From: a virus
DNA: 64,000 nucleotides
Reading direction: 5' to 3' (one strand)
Virus record (IMG/VR): IMGVR_UViG_3300023179_008562
Coordinates: 1 to 64,000 of that record
How positions within the stretch are numbered: position 1 is the stretch's first letter; every line of letters starts with the position of its first letter. Below the pieces are notes generated by a model, which worked only from the letters and a program-made list of their open reading frames with translations, searched no databases and had not been told where the DNA came from. Below are positions 18,101-28,775 of this stretch, one piece after another. The translations under genes were made by a program, and so were the position numbers.

Positions 18101-19411
18101 ATGGCAATCTTTCTCCCTGATTCTCAAGTGGCTGACCCCATCACCGGGCAAACTGTGAGTTTTGGCTCACTGTCCCGAGATAATCAGGCGGCAGTCATGG
18201 AACAACAATACGCTGGTGAACGCGCCGATTTCAGATCTGCTGCAGGAGCATTGCGGCAGGCTGACTCCACCACCAATTCAGATCAGCAGATGAGTGATTA
18301 CTCTACGCCAGCCACCACCAATGGTGGATTTGTGGTGGGTGACGATGGCACAGTTTATGCACCATCAGGTGCAGTGAATGGTCAGCTCACCAGTTTTCCT
18401 GATGCAGCACAGGGCGACACCACATATTTTGGTGGTGGTACACAGGATGCATTTGCTGATACCTACTATAATGACGCTGGATCTGAAATAGGTACCACCA
18501 CAAATTTTGGCGATGGGCCCGACACTAATTTCAATCCTGAAGCCGACAACACTGCTGCATTGAGTGACCCCACTGCTGCCAGACAGGACGCCAGTGGGCT
18601 ACCGCCTGGCGGTGAACCACCAGGCGCCACCGGCGACACTCAGGTGGCGTTTCAGGCCACCAACGATGCCACACCATCAGCAGCTGATAGTGACTGGCGG
18701 GTGAGAATCAGCCTGGCCGACGGTGCCAACATATTTTACAAATCCACTGGCAGTAATCAGAATGAATTAATGCGGCCTCTGATTGAAACCAATGGTGTCA
18801 TCTGGCCCTATACTCCGGCCATCACTGTGACACATTCGGCCACTTATAATCAGACCAATCTGACACACAGCAACTATAACCCAAGTTTTTACCACCATAG
18901 TGATGTATCGGACATCAGCATCAGTGGTGAATTCACAGTACAGAGCCAGGAAGAAGGTCGATATCTCATGGCTGCGGTTTACTTTTTCAGATCAGCCACC
19001 AAGATGTTCTTTGGACAAGGGGCCAATGTGGGCAATCCTCCACCCATAGTGTTCCTGGACGGTTATGGTAGTCATTATTTTCCACACGTGCCCTGTGTGA
19101 TCACCAGTTTTGCTCACACCCTGCCAGCTGATGTGGATTATATCAGCGTGGACATCACCAGTTCAGAAATGGTGACCACCAGCACAGGGCCTGCCAGAAA
19201 CATCAGCCAAAATGGCGGCATCAGTGGCGGCCGAACTCGCGAACTTAAGACTGTGACCACCAGCACCCGAGTGCCCACCATGAGCACCATTGCGGTCACA
19301 GTCAAGCCCATGTACAGTCGCAAGAATTTGCATGACCGATTTAACCTGGACAAATTTGCTGCTGGGCTGTTGTTGGCAGACAGAAAAAATGGATATGGGG
19401 GATTCATCTGA
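18101..19411 (+). CDS. Baseplate/tail-tube initiator-like protein (gp48/gp54-like)
   Basis: First gene of the baseplate operon; C-terminal PYTPAI, FFRSATKMFFG, GNPPP, VPCVITSF tube-like domain; acidic low-complexity N-terminus. Confidence 0.55.
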   Translation: MAIFLPDSQVADPITGQTVSFGSLSRDNQAAVMEQQYAGERADFRSAAGALRQADSTTNSDQQMSDYSTPATTNGGFVVGDDGTVYAPSGAVNGQLTSFPDAAQGDTTYFGGGTQDAFADTYYNDAGSEIGTTTNFGDGPDTNFNPEADNTAALSDPTAARQDASGLPPGGEPPGATGDTQVAFQATNDATPSAADSDWRVRISLADGANIFYKSTGSNQNELMRPLIETNGVIWPYTPAITVTHSATYNQTNLTHSNYNPSFYHHSDVSDISISGEFTVQSQEEGRYLMAAVYFFRSATKMFFGQGANVGNPPPIVFLDGYGSHYFPHVPCVITSFAHTLPADVDYISVDITSSEMVTTSTGPARNISQNGGISGGRTRELKTVTTSTRVPTMSTIAVTVKPMYSRKNLHDRFNLDKFAAGLLLADRKNGYGGFI

Positions 19412-19713
19412 TGGCCGTCAGTTATAACAAAACCAGTCCCTACAGCCAGACTGAATTCTATGGATTTTTTCTGGATGTGGCCAGCATACCTGCGATACCG
19501 CAGGACCCCAGCGACATCCGGTATGAAATTGATGCCATCTATCGTCATCGTCCTGATCTGTTGGCACACGATTTATACGGTGACGTGGGCCTGTGGTGGG
19601 TGTTCTCAGTGCGCAACCCCAATGTGCTGCAGGATCCGGTGTTTGATTTCATACCCGGTGCCACTATATTCGTTCCTAAAAAATCCGTACTCAAATCTGT
19701 GTTGGGGTTGTAA
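19411..19713 (+). CDS. Baseplate wedge protein, LysM-like (gp53-like)
   Basis: YRHRPDLLAHDLYGDVGLWWVFSVRN motif. Confidence 0.78.
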   Translation: MAVSYNKTSPYSQTEFYGFFLDVASIPAIPQDPSDIRYEIDAIYRHRPDLLAHDLYGDVGLWWVFSVRNPNVLQDPVFDFIPGATIFVPKKSVLKSVLGL

Positions 19714-19719
19714 TCGGGT

Positions 19720-22700
19720 ATGGCTACCATTCAAGAACTTCAGGCCGCAGTGAACAGTGCCCAAGTGGCTTATGATAATGGCATTGCCGCAAATAATAGA
19801 TTGTCCGAACAATATTTTTCTTTGCAACGCACAGGGCAAAGCAATACTCCTGAGGCAATAAATCTCAGAGATCAGCGAGATCAACAATTCAATACCACAC
19901 AATCTTTGTTGCTGGAGTTGAATCAGGCCAAAAGTCGATTGGAAAATTTTTCAGCAGCCAATCAAACACCAACACCCCCCAACGCGTCTGCGGCTGATGC
20001 CATTAACAATGATACCCCGCCCCCACCAGCCACATCACCGGCTGCGGCCACTGAGCCCCCTGCTGGTGGTCTGAGCGACGAGGAACAGTCTCGACTGGAT
20101 CAGGCTCAGCCCAAAGATTCAGAACCTGTGATCGATCCTGCAGGGTCTAATAAAAAAGAATCTGATCCAGAGCCTCGGGCATTGACTGCCAATGCTCAGG
20201 GTGTTTATCAGGATGATCCAGTGGTGGTAACTGCTGCCAGGTTACCACCGCCTGTATTTGAACCCCTGATGAATCCCCTGCATGAATATCCCAGTTATAC
20301 CTATAATCTGAGTTTGCATATGTTGACTGGTCAGGAGTTTATAGATCTGTTGGAAACTCAACAGTACCAGGCGCGACGAGTTCTGATAGCCAGTGCTGGC
20401 AGATACAACAATTCTGCAGGATCAGACCAATTTGTTCGAGCACCCAGATTCCAGGAAGACTTTTATTTTGAAAGTCTCAATATGGAAACTGTGATTCAAC
20501 CCACTGAGCGCAACAGAAACACCAATGCCTTGACCTGTGATTTTACCATCATTGAACCCTATGGGTTTACTCTGATCGATCGTCTGCTAAAAACCAGTCA
20601 GGATGTGGGCAGTAAAAATTATCTGGACATGCCCTATCTGCTGCAGATAGATTTTTTTGCCATGAACAATGCTGGGGAAATTACAGGCATATTGGGCAAT
20701 CTGACCAAACGTATTCCCATTCGATTGCTCAATATGGAATCCACCATCACTGAACGGGGTGCAGAATATCATATCAAAGCAGTGGTGTATGGACAGGCGG
20801 CCTTTGGTGAGATCTACGGCACTACCCGAGCTGGATTCCAGGTCACAGGCAGCACTGTGGGCAGCTTTTTCCAGTCAGACAAACTCACCGAGGAACAAAC
20901 CACACGCATGGAACGTCAGGCGGGCGACAAGGTTGTCTTTAATCAGGCCATGAATGGCAGCATCAGTGGTGGTCGTCGAGCCGGGGCCGATGATTTCATC
21001 ACAGTGGACAGTTATGCTGCCGCTCTCAATTACTGGCAACAAGCACTCAAAAAAGAAAACAAAATTGAATACCCCGATGTCTATAAATTTGAATTTGACC
21101 CTGAGATAGCCAGTGCACAGTTTGTCAAAAACAACCTGATCAACCACCAGGACACTGCATTTGTGCCCAAGGACAGTGCGCAGCGAATCAGTGATCAATA
21201 CCTGAGTAATAATGGTCAGGCCAAAGCCATGCTGGATCAAGAAAGACAGAGTTTTACCATAAACGCCGGCACCGCGGTGGATCGAGTCATTGATTACATT
21301 GTCAGAAACAGCACATATATTCTGAATCAACTGGTGGTACCAGAAAATTCAGATTACGCGGCTAAAATAAAGGACAATAACAAACCGCTCATGTGGTGGA
21401 AGATTGTACCCAAAGTCAAATTACAGCAATTTGATAAAATTCGCAACACCTACAGCAAGGAAATCACCTACTACGTCAAAAAATATAAAATGAAGAATCT
21501 GCCATTGGATTTTGGTCCCCGAGGCATAGAGCAGTATCCAGCAAAAGTCTATAATTACATCTACACTGGAAAAAATGTCGACATTCTGGACTTTGAATTA
21601 AAGTTCAACATGACTTTCTATACTGTGGCCACTGCCTACCGGAGTGCTCTGGTGGAAGTCAATCCTGTGCCGGCAGACGGCGAAGACAACAAGGATAAAA
21701 ATGCCGACGGATATCAGGGCAGCAGCATAGGGTCAACCACCGCTGGCACCAGTGTGGCACCCATCCAACAACACCCCCTGGTGGCTGACACCAGATCCCG
21801 AGCCACTGGTGCTGCAGTGACTGCCGAACAGGTGGCTGCCACTGATCTGGAAAATTATGTTCTGAGCCGAGCCGAAGGTGAAATGATTCAGGTGGATTTA
21901 AAAATTCTGGGGGACCCACATTTTATCAAACAGGACGATGTGTTCTATCCTCCGGAATTCACCGCTGATCTGAACGAAGCATCTGACACTGCCAACACAC
22001 CGGATGTCAGACTCACGCCCAATGGCAGCATCAGAACCGATGATGGACAGATTTTTGTCAATCTGAATTTCAGAACTCCCACAGATATCAATGAAGCCGA
22101 CGGCCTGATCAAATTCAGTGATGAGAACCTGACTCGTAGTTCATTCAGCGGGCTCTATAGAATATTGACAGTGACCAACCATTTTAAAGATGGTCAGTTT
22201 ACTCAGCAGCTGACATTGGTCAGAGCCTCCCGACAGCAGGAAAATGAGGTCAATCAGATTAAAACTTCCACAGAGCAACGATCTGAATCCACTACGTCAG
22301 GCAACCCCACAGTGGAAAATGTCGGCACAGGTGGTGCAGCCACTAAAAAAACCATTGATCCTGAAGAAGGCACCAAACCCAATCAGAATGCACCTGACAG
22401 TCAGCCACCAGGACCCGACATTCCACCAGCTGCTGATCAGAAGGATCTGGCTGAGGTCAATGCCACCGCTGAAGAAAAGCCCATTACACAGCAGACTGAA
22501 CCGGCTCAGGTTCCACCGCCGCCCCCGCCGCCACCACCTTTGCCTCCTGGAGTCACAATAGACCCCCCCACTGGATTTTACATATACAAAGGCGAGAGAT
22601 TCTGGGGACCGACCCCTGAAATTCTATTAGGTACTATTAATAGTATAGATACAAATACTCCTTACACTTATGACGCGGTAGATCCCACCACCGGACTGAC

Positions 22701-22728
22701 GCGTACAACAACATTTAGACCAGGGTAA
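19720..22728 (+). CDS. Baseplate hub protein (gp27/VgrG-like)
   Basis: Lies between the gp53-like and gp5-like genes; LKILGDP and FSGLYRILTVTNHFKDGQFTQQL hub-type motifs; Pro-rich termini. Confidence 0.6.
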   Translation: MATIQELQAAVNSAQVAYDNGIAANNRLSEQYFSLQRTGQSNTPEAINLRDQRDQQFNTTQSLLLELNQAKSRLENFSAANQTPTPPNASAADAINNDTPPPPATSPAAATEPPAGGLSDEEQSRLDQAQPKDSEPVIDPAGSNKKESDPEPRALTANAQGVYQDDPVVVTAARLPPPVFEPLMNPLHEYPSYTYNLSLHMLTGQEFIDLLETQQYQARRVLIASAGRYNNSAGSDQFVRAPRFQEDFYFESLNMETVIQPTERNRNTNALTCDFTIIEPYGFTLIDRLLKTSQDVGSKNYLDMPYLLQIDFFAMNNAGEITGILGNLTKRIPIRLLNMESTITERGAEYHIKAVVYGQAAFGEIYGTTRAGFQVTGSTVGSFFQSDKLTEEQTTRMERQAGDKVVFNQAMNGSISGGRRAGADDFITVDSYAAALNYWQQALKKENKIEYPDVYKFEFDPEIASAQFVKNNLINHQDTAFVPKDSAQRISDQYLSNNGQAKAMLDQERQSFTINAGTAVDRVIDYIVRNSTYILNQLVVPENSDYAAKIKDNNKPLMWWKIVPKVKLQQFDKIRNTYSKEITYYVKKYKMKNLPLDFGPRGIEQYPAKVYNYIYTGKNVDILDFELKFNMTFYTVATAYRSALVEVNPVPADGEDNKDKNADGYQGSSIGSTTAGTSVAPIQQHPLVADTRSRATGAAVTAEQVAATDLENYVLSRAEGEMIQVDLKILGDPHFIKQDDVFYPPEFTADLNEASDTANTPDVRLTPNGSIRTDDGQIFVNLNFRTPTDINEADGLIKFSDENLTRSSFSGLYRILTVTNHFKDGQFTQQLTLVRASRQQENEVNQIKTSTEQRSESTTSGNPTVENVGTGGAATKKTIDPEEGTKPNQNAPDSQPPGPDIPPAADQKDLAEVNATAEEKPITQQTEPAQVPPPPPPPPPLPPGVTIDPPTGFYIYKGERFWGPTPEILLGTINSIDTNTPYTYDAVDPTTGLTRTTTFRPG

Positions 22729-22795
22729 TTATTATAAAGAATCACAAACACACATTATTCATAAAATAATTTTTTAATAATATAGGCAACACAAA

Positions 22796-24883
22796 ATGAC
22801 CGTAGACCGTAGATTAGGTACCAAAGTAGACAAGGCTTTCCGCAGAGAAGAGGCCACTGGCACCCGAGTGGATCCCTATCCCTATATTGGTGTGGTCAAA
22901 AACAACCTGGACCCCACACGCAGCGGCAGACTTCAGGTCTGGATTCCTGATCTGGGAGGTGATGAAAAAGATCGAAAAAATTGGCGCACAGTCAGATATG
23001 CCAGTCCTTTCCAGGGCTACAGCAACGCCGACAGCACCAGTCAGGTCAATGATTTTAAATCTGTATTACACACCTATGGCATGTGGATGGTGCCACCGGA
23101 CATTGGAGTGCAGGTCATCTGTATTTTTATCGCTGGTGACCCACAACGTGGTTACTGGATAGCCTGTGTTAACCCCCATCTGAGTCACCATATGACACCG
23201 GGTCTGGCTGGCAGTACCAATGTGGACATCACAACAGCCGGTGCTGAAGCCAAAAAAGGATTTGTTGCTGGCAACAATATGCCAGTGGTGGAATTCAATG
23301 AAACCAGTGCAAATTTGGTCAATGAGAAATTCTTCAACAATCTCAAACCCTTGCATGATATTCAGTACAACATCTATCGTCAGCAGGGTCTGGACCGTGA
23401 TGAGATACGCGGGGCCATCAGCAGCAGCAGTCAGCGTGAGAGTCCCAGCAATGTGTTTGGTATCAGCACACCCGGCAGACCAGTCAATGACCCTGCGGAT
23501 GACATAGATCGATTCAATCAGTTGGCCAATGCTGGCAAGATAACTGCAGAAACCTACCAGGTAGGTGCTCGTAAAGGCGGGCATACATTTGTTCTGGACG
23601 ATGGTACTACCCTGGGCCTGGACCAGTTGGTCAGATTGCGGACCGCCAAAGGACATCAGTTATTGATGCATGACACTGCCAACAGTGTGTACCTGGCGCA
23701 CGCTGACGGCACCAGCTGGGTTGAACTGACCACCGACGGATCAATAAAAATTTACAGTCAGAGTGGTGTCAGCATTCGCAGTCAGGGCACCATAAACTTG
23801 CACAGCGACGCCAACATCAACCTCAACGCTAAAAACAACATCAACATCAGAGCCGGTGGCAACGTCGTTGTGAACTCTGGCACCACTAACTTACTGCAGG
23901 GCCAATTGAATGTGGAGAGCACTGGAGAAATAGGATTAAAGTCAGGTGGTGATTTTAAAGTGGATGCCGGTGCCACCATTGGCTTACAGGCCGGTGGAGT
24001 CATCGCACATACCGGCAGCCTGATTAAACAAAACAGCGGTGGTACCAAATCCATAAAACCTCTGACAGCCTTGCCCAGTACCAGTTTCCCCGACACTGCG
24101 TTTGATGGAAAAACTGGATTGTGGATCAGCAAGCCCAAACAGACTGATAGTATCGCCACAGTGCTGCCCACACACGAGCCTCATGATCGTGATGCAGTGG
24201 CATCTTTTGTGGTACAACAAAATGATGCGCAATCACCTATTGCAGGTAGCACTCCAGACCAGGCCTACACTGGCACCGTGGATGCCATAAAGAACACCAC
24301 CGGCAGTGGTGTGAAAAGTCCTGCCAATGATAAAGATCTGAGAAATCAACCAGCTTGTGATTGCACGGTGGGTAATTTAAATTCCGATCAGATGACAGCA
24401 TACTATGCGCAGATAGGCAAAAAAGAAAGTGGTGGAAAATATGACACGGTGAATAGCATTGGGTTTGTGGGCAAGTATCAATTTGGTTACCCAGCCCTGA
24501 TAGATCTCAAAATGGTCAAAAGTTCGGTCACCAGTAATGCACAGTTGCGCAACCCCAACAGTTGGATCGGCAATGGTGGCCCTGCCAGCCTGGAAGAATT
24601 TCTCAGCAATGGCCCCCTGCAGGAAAAATTGATCTGTCAGTATACTCGCTCCAATTATACCACCATGGTGCGGATCGGTGTTATTGACAAAGATATGAAA
24701 CCTGAGGAAGTGGGCGGCATGCTGGCAGTCAGTCACTTGCTGGGTGCTGGCGGCGCTAAAAAATGGCGCAATGGTCAGGGCGGTTCAGATGCTTACGGCA
24801 CCACAGGCGATACTTATTTTAATGTGGGTAAATATGCCATAGCAGTGCTGGCTCCCAAGATTCCAGAAATCAAACAAGGTTAA
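22796..24883 (+). CDS. Baseplate spike (gp5/VgrG OB-fold) with C-terminal lysozyme-like domain
   Basis: GVVKNNLDPTRSGRLQVWIP, PPDIGVQV OB-fold; GH-containing beta-helix repeats; ESGG..Y..N..G..GKYQFG and SHLLGAGG muramidase-like tail. Confidence 0.8.
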   Translation: MTVDRRLGTKVDKAFRREEATGTRVDPYPYIGVVKNNLDPTRSGRLQVWIPDLGGDEKDRKNWRTVRYASPFQGYSNADSTSQVNDFKSVLHTYGMWMVPPDIGVQVICIFIAGDPQRGYWIACVNPHLSHHMTPGLAGSTNVDITTAGAEAKKGFVAGNNMPVVEFNETSANLVNEKFFNNLKPLHDIQYNIYRQQGLDRDEIRGAISSSSQRESPSNVFGISTPGRPVNDPADDIDRFNQLANAGKITAETYQVGARKGGHTFVLDDGTTLGLDQLVRLRTAKGHQLLMHDTANSVYLAHADGTSWVELTTDGSIKIYSQSGVSIRSQGTINLHSDANINLNAKNNINIRAGGNVVVNSGTTNLLQGQLNVESTGEIGLKSGGDFKVDAGATIGLQAGGVIAHTGSLIKQNSGGTKSIKPLTALPSTSFPDTAFDGKTGLWISKPKQTDSIATVLPTHEPHDRDAVASFVVQQNDAQSPIAGSTPDQAYTGTVDAIKNTTGSGVKSPANDKDLRNQPACDCTVGNLNSDQMTAYYAQIGKKESGGKYDTVNSIGFVGKYQFGYPALIDLKMVKSSVTSNAQLRNPNSWIGNGGPASLEEFLSNGPLQEKLICQYTRSNYTTMVRIGVIDKDMKPEEVGGMLAVSHLLGAGGAKKWRNGQGGSDAYGTTGDTYFNVGKYAIAVLAPKIPEIKQG

Positions 24884-24893
24884 ATACCAGACT

Positions 24894-25271
24894 ATGGCTA
24901 TAATGTATCGTGGATTCAGCACCGTTAATCGAAAGAAAAAATTTCGTCTGACTGATTTTGAGTTGGTTCGTCAGGATCTGATCAATCACTTTTATATTCG
25001 CAAAGGTGAAAAACTCATGAATCCCGGGTTCGGTACTATTATCTGGAACGTGTTGCACGAGCCTCTGACCGACAATCTCAAAAGCATTATAACCACTGAC
25101 ATTAAAAACATTGTGAGCTCAGACCCCAGACTGGCGGTGGATCGAGTCATGATCACCGAATATGATCAGGGCTTACAGATAGATCTGGAACTCAGATATG
25201 TTCAGACCAATCAGAGTAGTTTGTTAAATCTCAGATTTGACAACCAATCCAACCAACTGACTGCCCGTTAA
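24894..25271 (+). CDS. gp25: Baseplate wedge subunit (gp25-like)
   Basis: DLINHFYIRKGEKLMNPGFGT, EPL, DPR motifs. Confidence 0.88.
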   Translation: MAIMYRGFSTVNRKKKFRLTDFELVRQDLINHFYIRKGEKLMNPGFGTIIWNVLHEPLTDNLKSIITTDIKNIVSSDPRLAVDRVMITEYDQGLQIDLELRYVQTNQSSLLNLRFDNQSNQLTAR

Positions 25272-25322
25272 TAAACAACGTACATTTTCCTAATAATAAA
25301 TATATAATATCAGGAATTACAC

Positions 25323-28300
25323 ATGGCCATCACCACTCGGCAGTCGGGTCTTCTGGTAGCTGAAGACTGGACCAAGCTATATCAAACCTTCCGAAATGCA
25401 GATTTCCAGAGTTATGATTATGAAACTCTGCGCAAGAGCATGGTTGAATATTTGCGTCTGTACTATCCCGAAGACTTCAATGACTTTATTGAAAGCAGTG
25501 AATTTGTTGCCCTACTGGATCTGATTGCGTTCCTGGGTCAGAGTCTGGCATTCCGTGCCGACCTGAATGCCCGAGAAAACTACATAGACACTGCACAACG
25601 TCGTGACAGCGTGCTGAAACTGGCCCGACTCATCAGCTATACTCCCAAGAGAAATATTCCTGCCAGCGGATTCCTGAAAGTTGAAAGTGTCAGCACCACT
25701 GAAGTGGTGTATGACAGCAATGGCATCAATCTGTCGGGCCTGGTCGTCAGCTGGGCAGATTCCGGTAATGATAACTGGCTGGAACAGATGACCACTGTGA
25801 TCAATGCAGCTCTGGTGACAAATCAGGTCATCAGCAAGCCCAGCAATCGACAGACCATCAACGGCGTCATCAATGACGAATATCAGATAAATCTCATAGC
25901 CAGCTTGGCCCTGCCCACGTTTGCCTTCAAGACCAACATCGAGGGCACTGGCATGAGTTTTGAGGCAGTCAGCCCCACCAGTCTGGGTCAGAGTTACATC
26001 TATGAAGACAGCCCCAGACCCAACGGCCTGTTCAATCTATTATATCGAAATGACAACCAGGGCAATAACAGCACCAACACTGGATTCTTTCTGTATTTTA
26101 AACAGGGTGAACTCAAGAGCCTGGATGTGAATTTCCAGGACAGCATACCCAATCGAGTCTACGGCATCAACACCAATAACATCAACAACACTGACATCTG
26201 GGTCTACAGTGTGAGTCCTTCAGGCAGTCTGGACACACTCTGGCAGCCAGTGGCGTCAGTTAACAATACCAACGTCATATACAACAAGAGTGCCAATAAA
26301 AACATCTACCAGATCAATAGTCGCAGCAATGATCAGATTGATCTGATATTTGGTGACGGTGCATTTGCCAATATCCCACAGGGCCGATTCAGAATCTACT
26401 ATCGGGTCAGCAACGGACTGCAGTACAAGATCACCCCTGATGAAATGTCCAGTGTGATCATTCCCATCACTTACATGAGTCGAAATAATCGGCCCGAAAC
26501 CATCAACATCAGAGCCAGCCTGCAATACACAGTGGCCAACAGCAGCCCACGTGAAACCCTGGATGAAATTCGTCAGAAGGCGCCACAACAATATTACACA
26601 CAGGACCGCATGGTCACTGGTGAAGACTACAACATTTTGCCTTACACCTTGTTCAGTAACATATTGAAAGTCAAGGCCATAAATCGCACCAGCAGTGGTA
26701 TCAGCCGCTACCTGGATGTCATTGACACCACTGGCAAATATTCCAGCACCAATATTTTTGCTCAGGATGGTATCCTGTATCGAGACCCATTTGTCAAGTC
26801 ATTTAGTTTCGACTTTGCCACCAGAAATGACATTTATCGTGTTATCAATAACAAAATTAAACCCATTGCTGCGGCCAAGGAAACACAGCAATTTTTCTAT
26901 GCATTCTACAAGAAATTTGGAATCACCGGAATCCGCTGGCACCAGTCCACCGAAATTGCCAATGGCAGTACCGGATTTTTCTTCAATGATCTAAATGACG
27001 ATGCCATCTACTCCCGAGATTTTGATCTGATGCTGCAATTGGGCGCGGGCGCCGCCAGTGGTAACACCAGATACATCAGGCATGGGGCCATTTTGAGATT
27101 TAGTGCTGGTGAGGGAAAATATTTTGATGCCAGAAATAACATCAAAACTGGTGCACCGGTCAACAACACTGACAAATATTATATCTATGCCGCAATTCAG
27201 CAAATCATCGGCGATGGCACCAATGGCGGCATCGGTAACCTGTTAAATGGTCAGGGCCCAGTGACAGTTAATCAGGTAGTTCCCAATGGTGCACAGGTTG
27301 ATCATGTGATAGCAGTCTTCAATAATGAATTTGACAATTCATTAATCAATGATATCACCAATTATATTCAGACATATTCGGATTTTGGTCTCAGATACGA
27401 TGAAAATTTGTCCAAATGGCAGATCGTTAGTCCCGAGAACATCAGTATTGATTCTGAGTTCAGTCTGTCCTATGCTGGCAACACCAGTGGGCGTCAGTTG
27501 GATGCCAGCTGGTTTATCCAATTTACTGCCCAGGGACAGATCTACACTGTGAGCTACCGTGGATTGGATTATGTGTTTGAAAGTGTTCAAGAAACTGGGT
27601 TCTATTTTGACGGCACTACAAAAATTTATGACCCCAAGACTGGATTCACAGTTCATGATCAGATAAAGATTCTCAGAGTCAACTCACAATCCGATAGTTC
27701 TGCACCACTATTGTCAGACTACACCTGGTTCGTTCATAAGAACATTGTGGAGGTGGACGGGTACGAGAATACACAAAAAATTCTGGTGACATTCCCAGAC
27801 AGTGATTCAGACGGTGTGCCGGACAACCCCGAATTATTTGAACAGCTGGTAAATCCCGACGTCAACAGCCAGAACAAGCGGGTTTATTTTCGACAGGTCA
27901 TCAGTGATGACAACTTTGCCAGATTGCAATTGGTCAGACAGGAGCTGGTGTCAACTGACGCTGAAACATATTATGATCTGCAAAAAAACATCACTCTGTA
28001 TCGGGATGGGCAGATATTTTATATACCCAACATGAATAAATTCTATCAGTTGTCGGTATCGGGATCTGATTATAATATAAATGATCTGTCGGGGTACACT
28101 GCCAAGTATGGCAGACAAGATTTATATTTCCAATACCGCCATAACAGTCCCAACAACCGAAGAATTGACCCCAGTCCCAACAACATCATTGACCTATACA
28201 TACTGCCCAAACAGTATGCAGCTGACTACACTGCCTGGGTGCAGGACACTTCCAACAAGGTGACCAAACCTCGAGCGCCCACATCTGAAGAATTGAAACT

Positions 28301-28745
28301 GGAATTCAGCAGACTGGAAAACTACAAGACCATATCAGACACACTGATTTATAATCCTGTCAAGTTCAAACCCATTTTTGGCGCCAAGGCCGAGCCAAAT
28401 CTTCAGGCCATGTTCAAAGTGGTCAAAAACCCCAATGTGGTGGTCAGCGACAATGACATCAAAACATCAGTGGTGGCCGCCATCAATCAGTACTTTGATC
28501 TGGCCAACTGGGATTTTGGCGAGACCTTCTATTTCAGTGAGCTCAATGCATACCTGCATCAGGCCCTGGCACCCAACATTGCCAGTGTGATCATAGTTCC
28601 CGCCAGCAAGAACAGTGTGTTCGGAAGTCTGTTACAGATAAATGCCGAATATAATGAAGTTATCATTAGTGCTGCCACAGTGGACAATGTACAGATTATA
28701 ACTGCAATTACAGCAGCACAGATCAATCAGAACGTAATAGTTTAA
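25323..28745 (+). CDS. gp6: Baseplate wedge subunit (gp6-like)
   Basis: DYETLR, FNDFIESSE, LARLISYTPKR, IFGDG..ANIP, ETLDEIRQKAP..YYTQDRMVTGEDY; follows gp25. Confidence 0.85.
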   Translation: MAITTRQSGLLVAEDWTKLYQTFRNADFQSYDYETLRKSMVEYLRLYYPEDFNDFIESSEFVALLDLIAFLGQSLAFRADLNARENYIDTAQRRDSVLKLARLISYTPKRNIPASGFLKVESVSTTEVVYDSNGINLSGLVVSWADSGNDNWLEQMTTVINAALVTNQVISKPSNRQTINGVINDEYQINLIASLALPTFAFKTNIEGTGMSFEAVSPTSLGQSYIYEDSPRPNGLFNLLYRNDNQGNNSTNTGFFLYFKQGELKSLDVNFQDSIPNRVYGINTNNINNTDIWVYSVSPSGSLDTLWQPVASVNNTNVIYNKSANKNIYQINSRSNDQIDLIFGDGAFANIPQGRFRIYYRVSNGLQYKITPDEMSSVIIPITYMSRNNRPETINIRASLQYTVANSSPRETLDEIRQKAPQQYYTQDRMVTGEDYNILPYTLFSNILKVKAINRTSSGISRYLDVIDTTGKYSSTNIFAQDGILYRDPFVKSFSFDFATRNDIYRVINNKIKPIAAAKETQQFFYAFYKKFGITGIRWHQSTEIANGSTGFFFNDLNDDAIYSRDFDLMLQLGAGAASGNTRYIRHGAILRFSAGEGKYFDARNNIKTGAPVNNTDKYYIYAAIQQIIGDGTNGGIGNLLNGQGPVTVNQVVPNGAQVDHVIAVFNNEFDNSLINDITNYIQTYSDFGLRYDENLSKWQIVSPENISIDSEFSLSYAGNTSGRQLDASWFIQFTAQGQIYTVSYRGLDYVFESVQETGFYFDGTTKIYDPKTGFTVHDQIKILRVNSQSDSSAPLLSDYTWFVHKNIVEVDGYENTQKILVTFPDSDSDGVPDNPELFEQLVNPDVNSQNKRVYFRQVISDDNFARLQLVRQELVSTDAETYYDLQKNITLYRDGQIFYIPNMNKFYQLSVSGSDYNINDLSGYTAKYGRQDLYFQYRHNSPNNRRIDPSPNNIIDLYILPKQYAADYTAWVQDTSNKVTKPRAPTSEELKLEFSRLENYKTISDTLIYNPVKFKPIFGAKAEPNLQAMFKVVKNPNVVVSDNDIKTSVVAAINQYFDLANWDFGETFYFSELNAYLHQALAPNIASVIIVPASKNSVFGSLLQINAEYNEVIISAATVDNVQIITAITAAQINQNVIV

Positions 28746-28775
28746 GTAGTACAATTTTTTTTAAATGAGTTAATA

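Noticed and set aside
22512-22548. C-rich tract CCACCGCCGCCCCCGCCGCCACCACC
   Set aside because: It encodes a polyproline linker in the hub protein using mixed codons; no evidence for a phase-variable tract.
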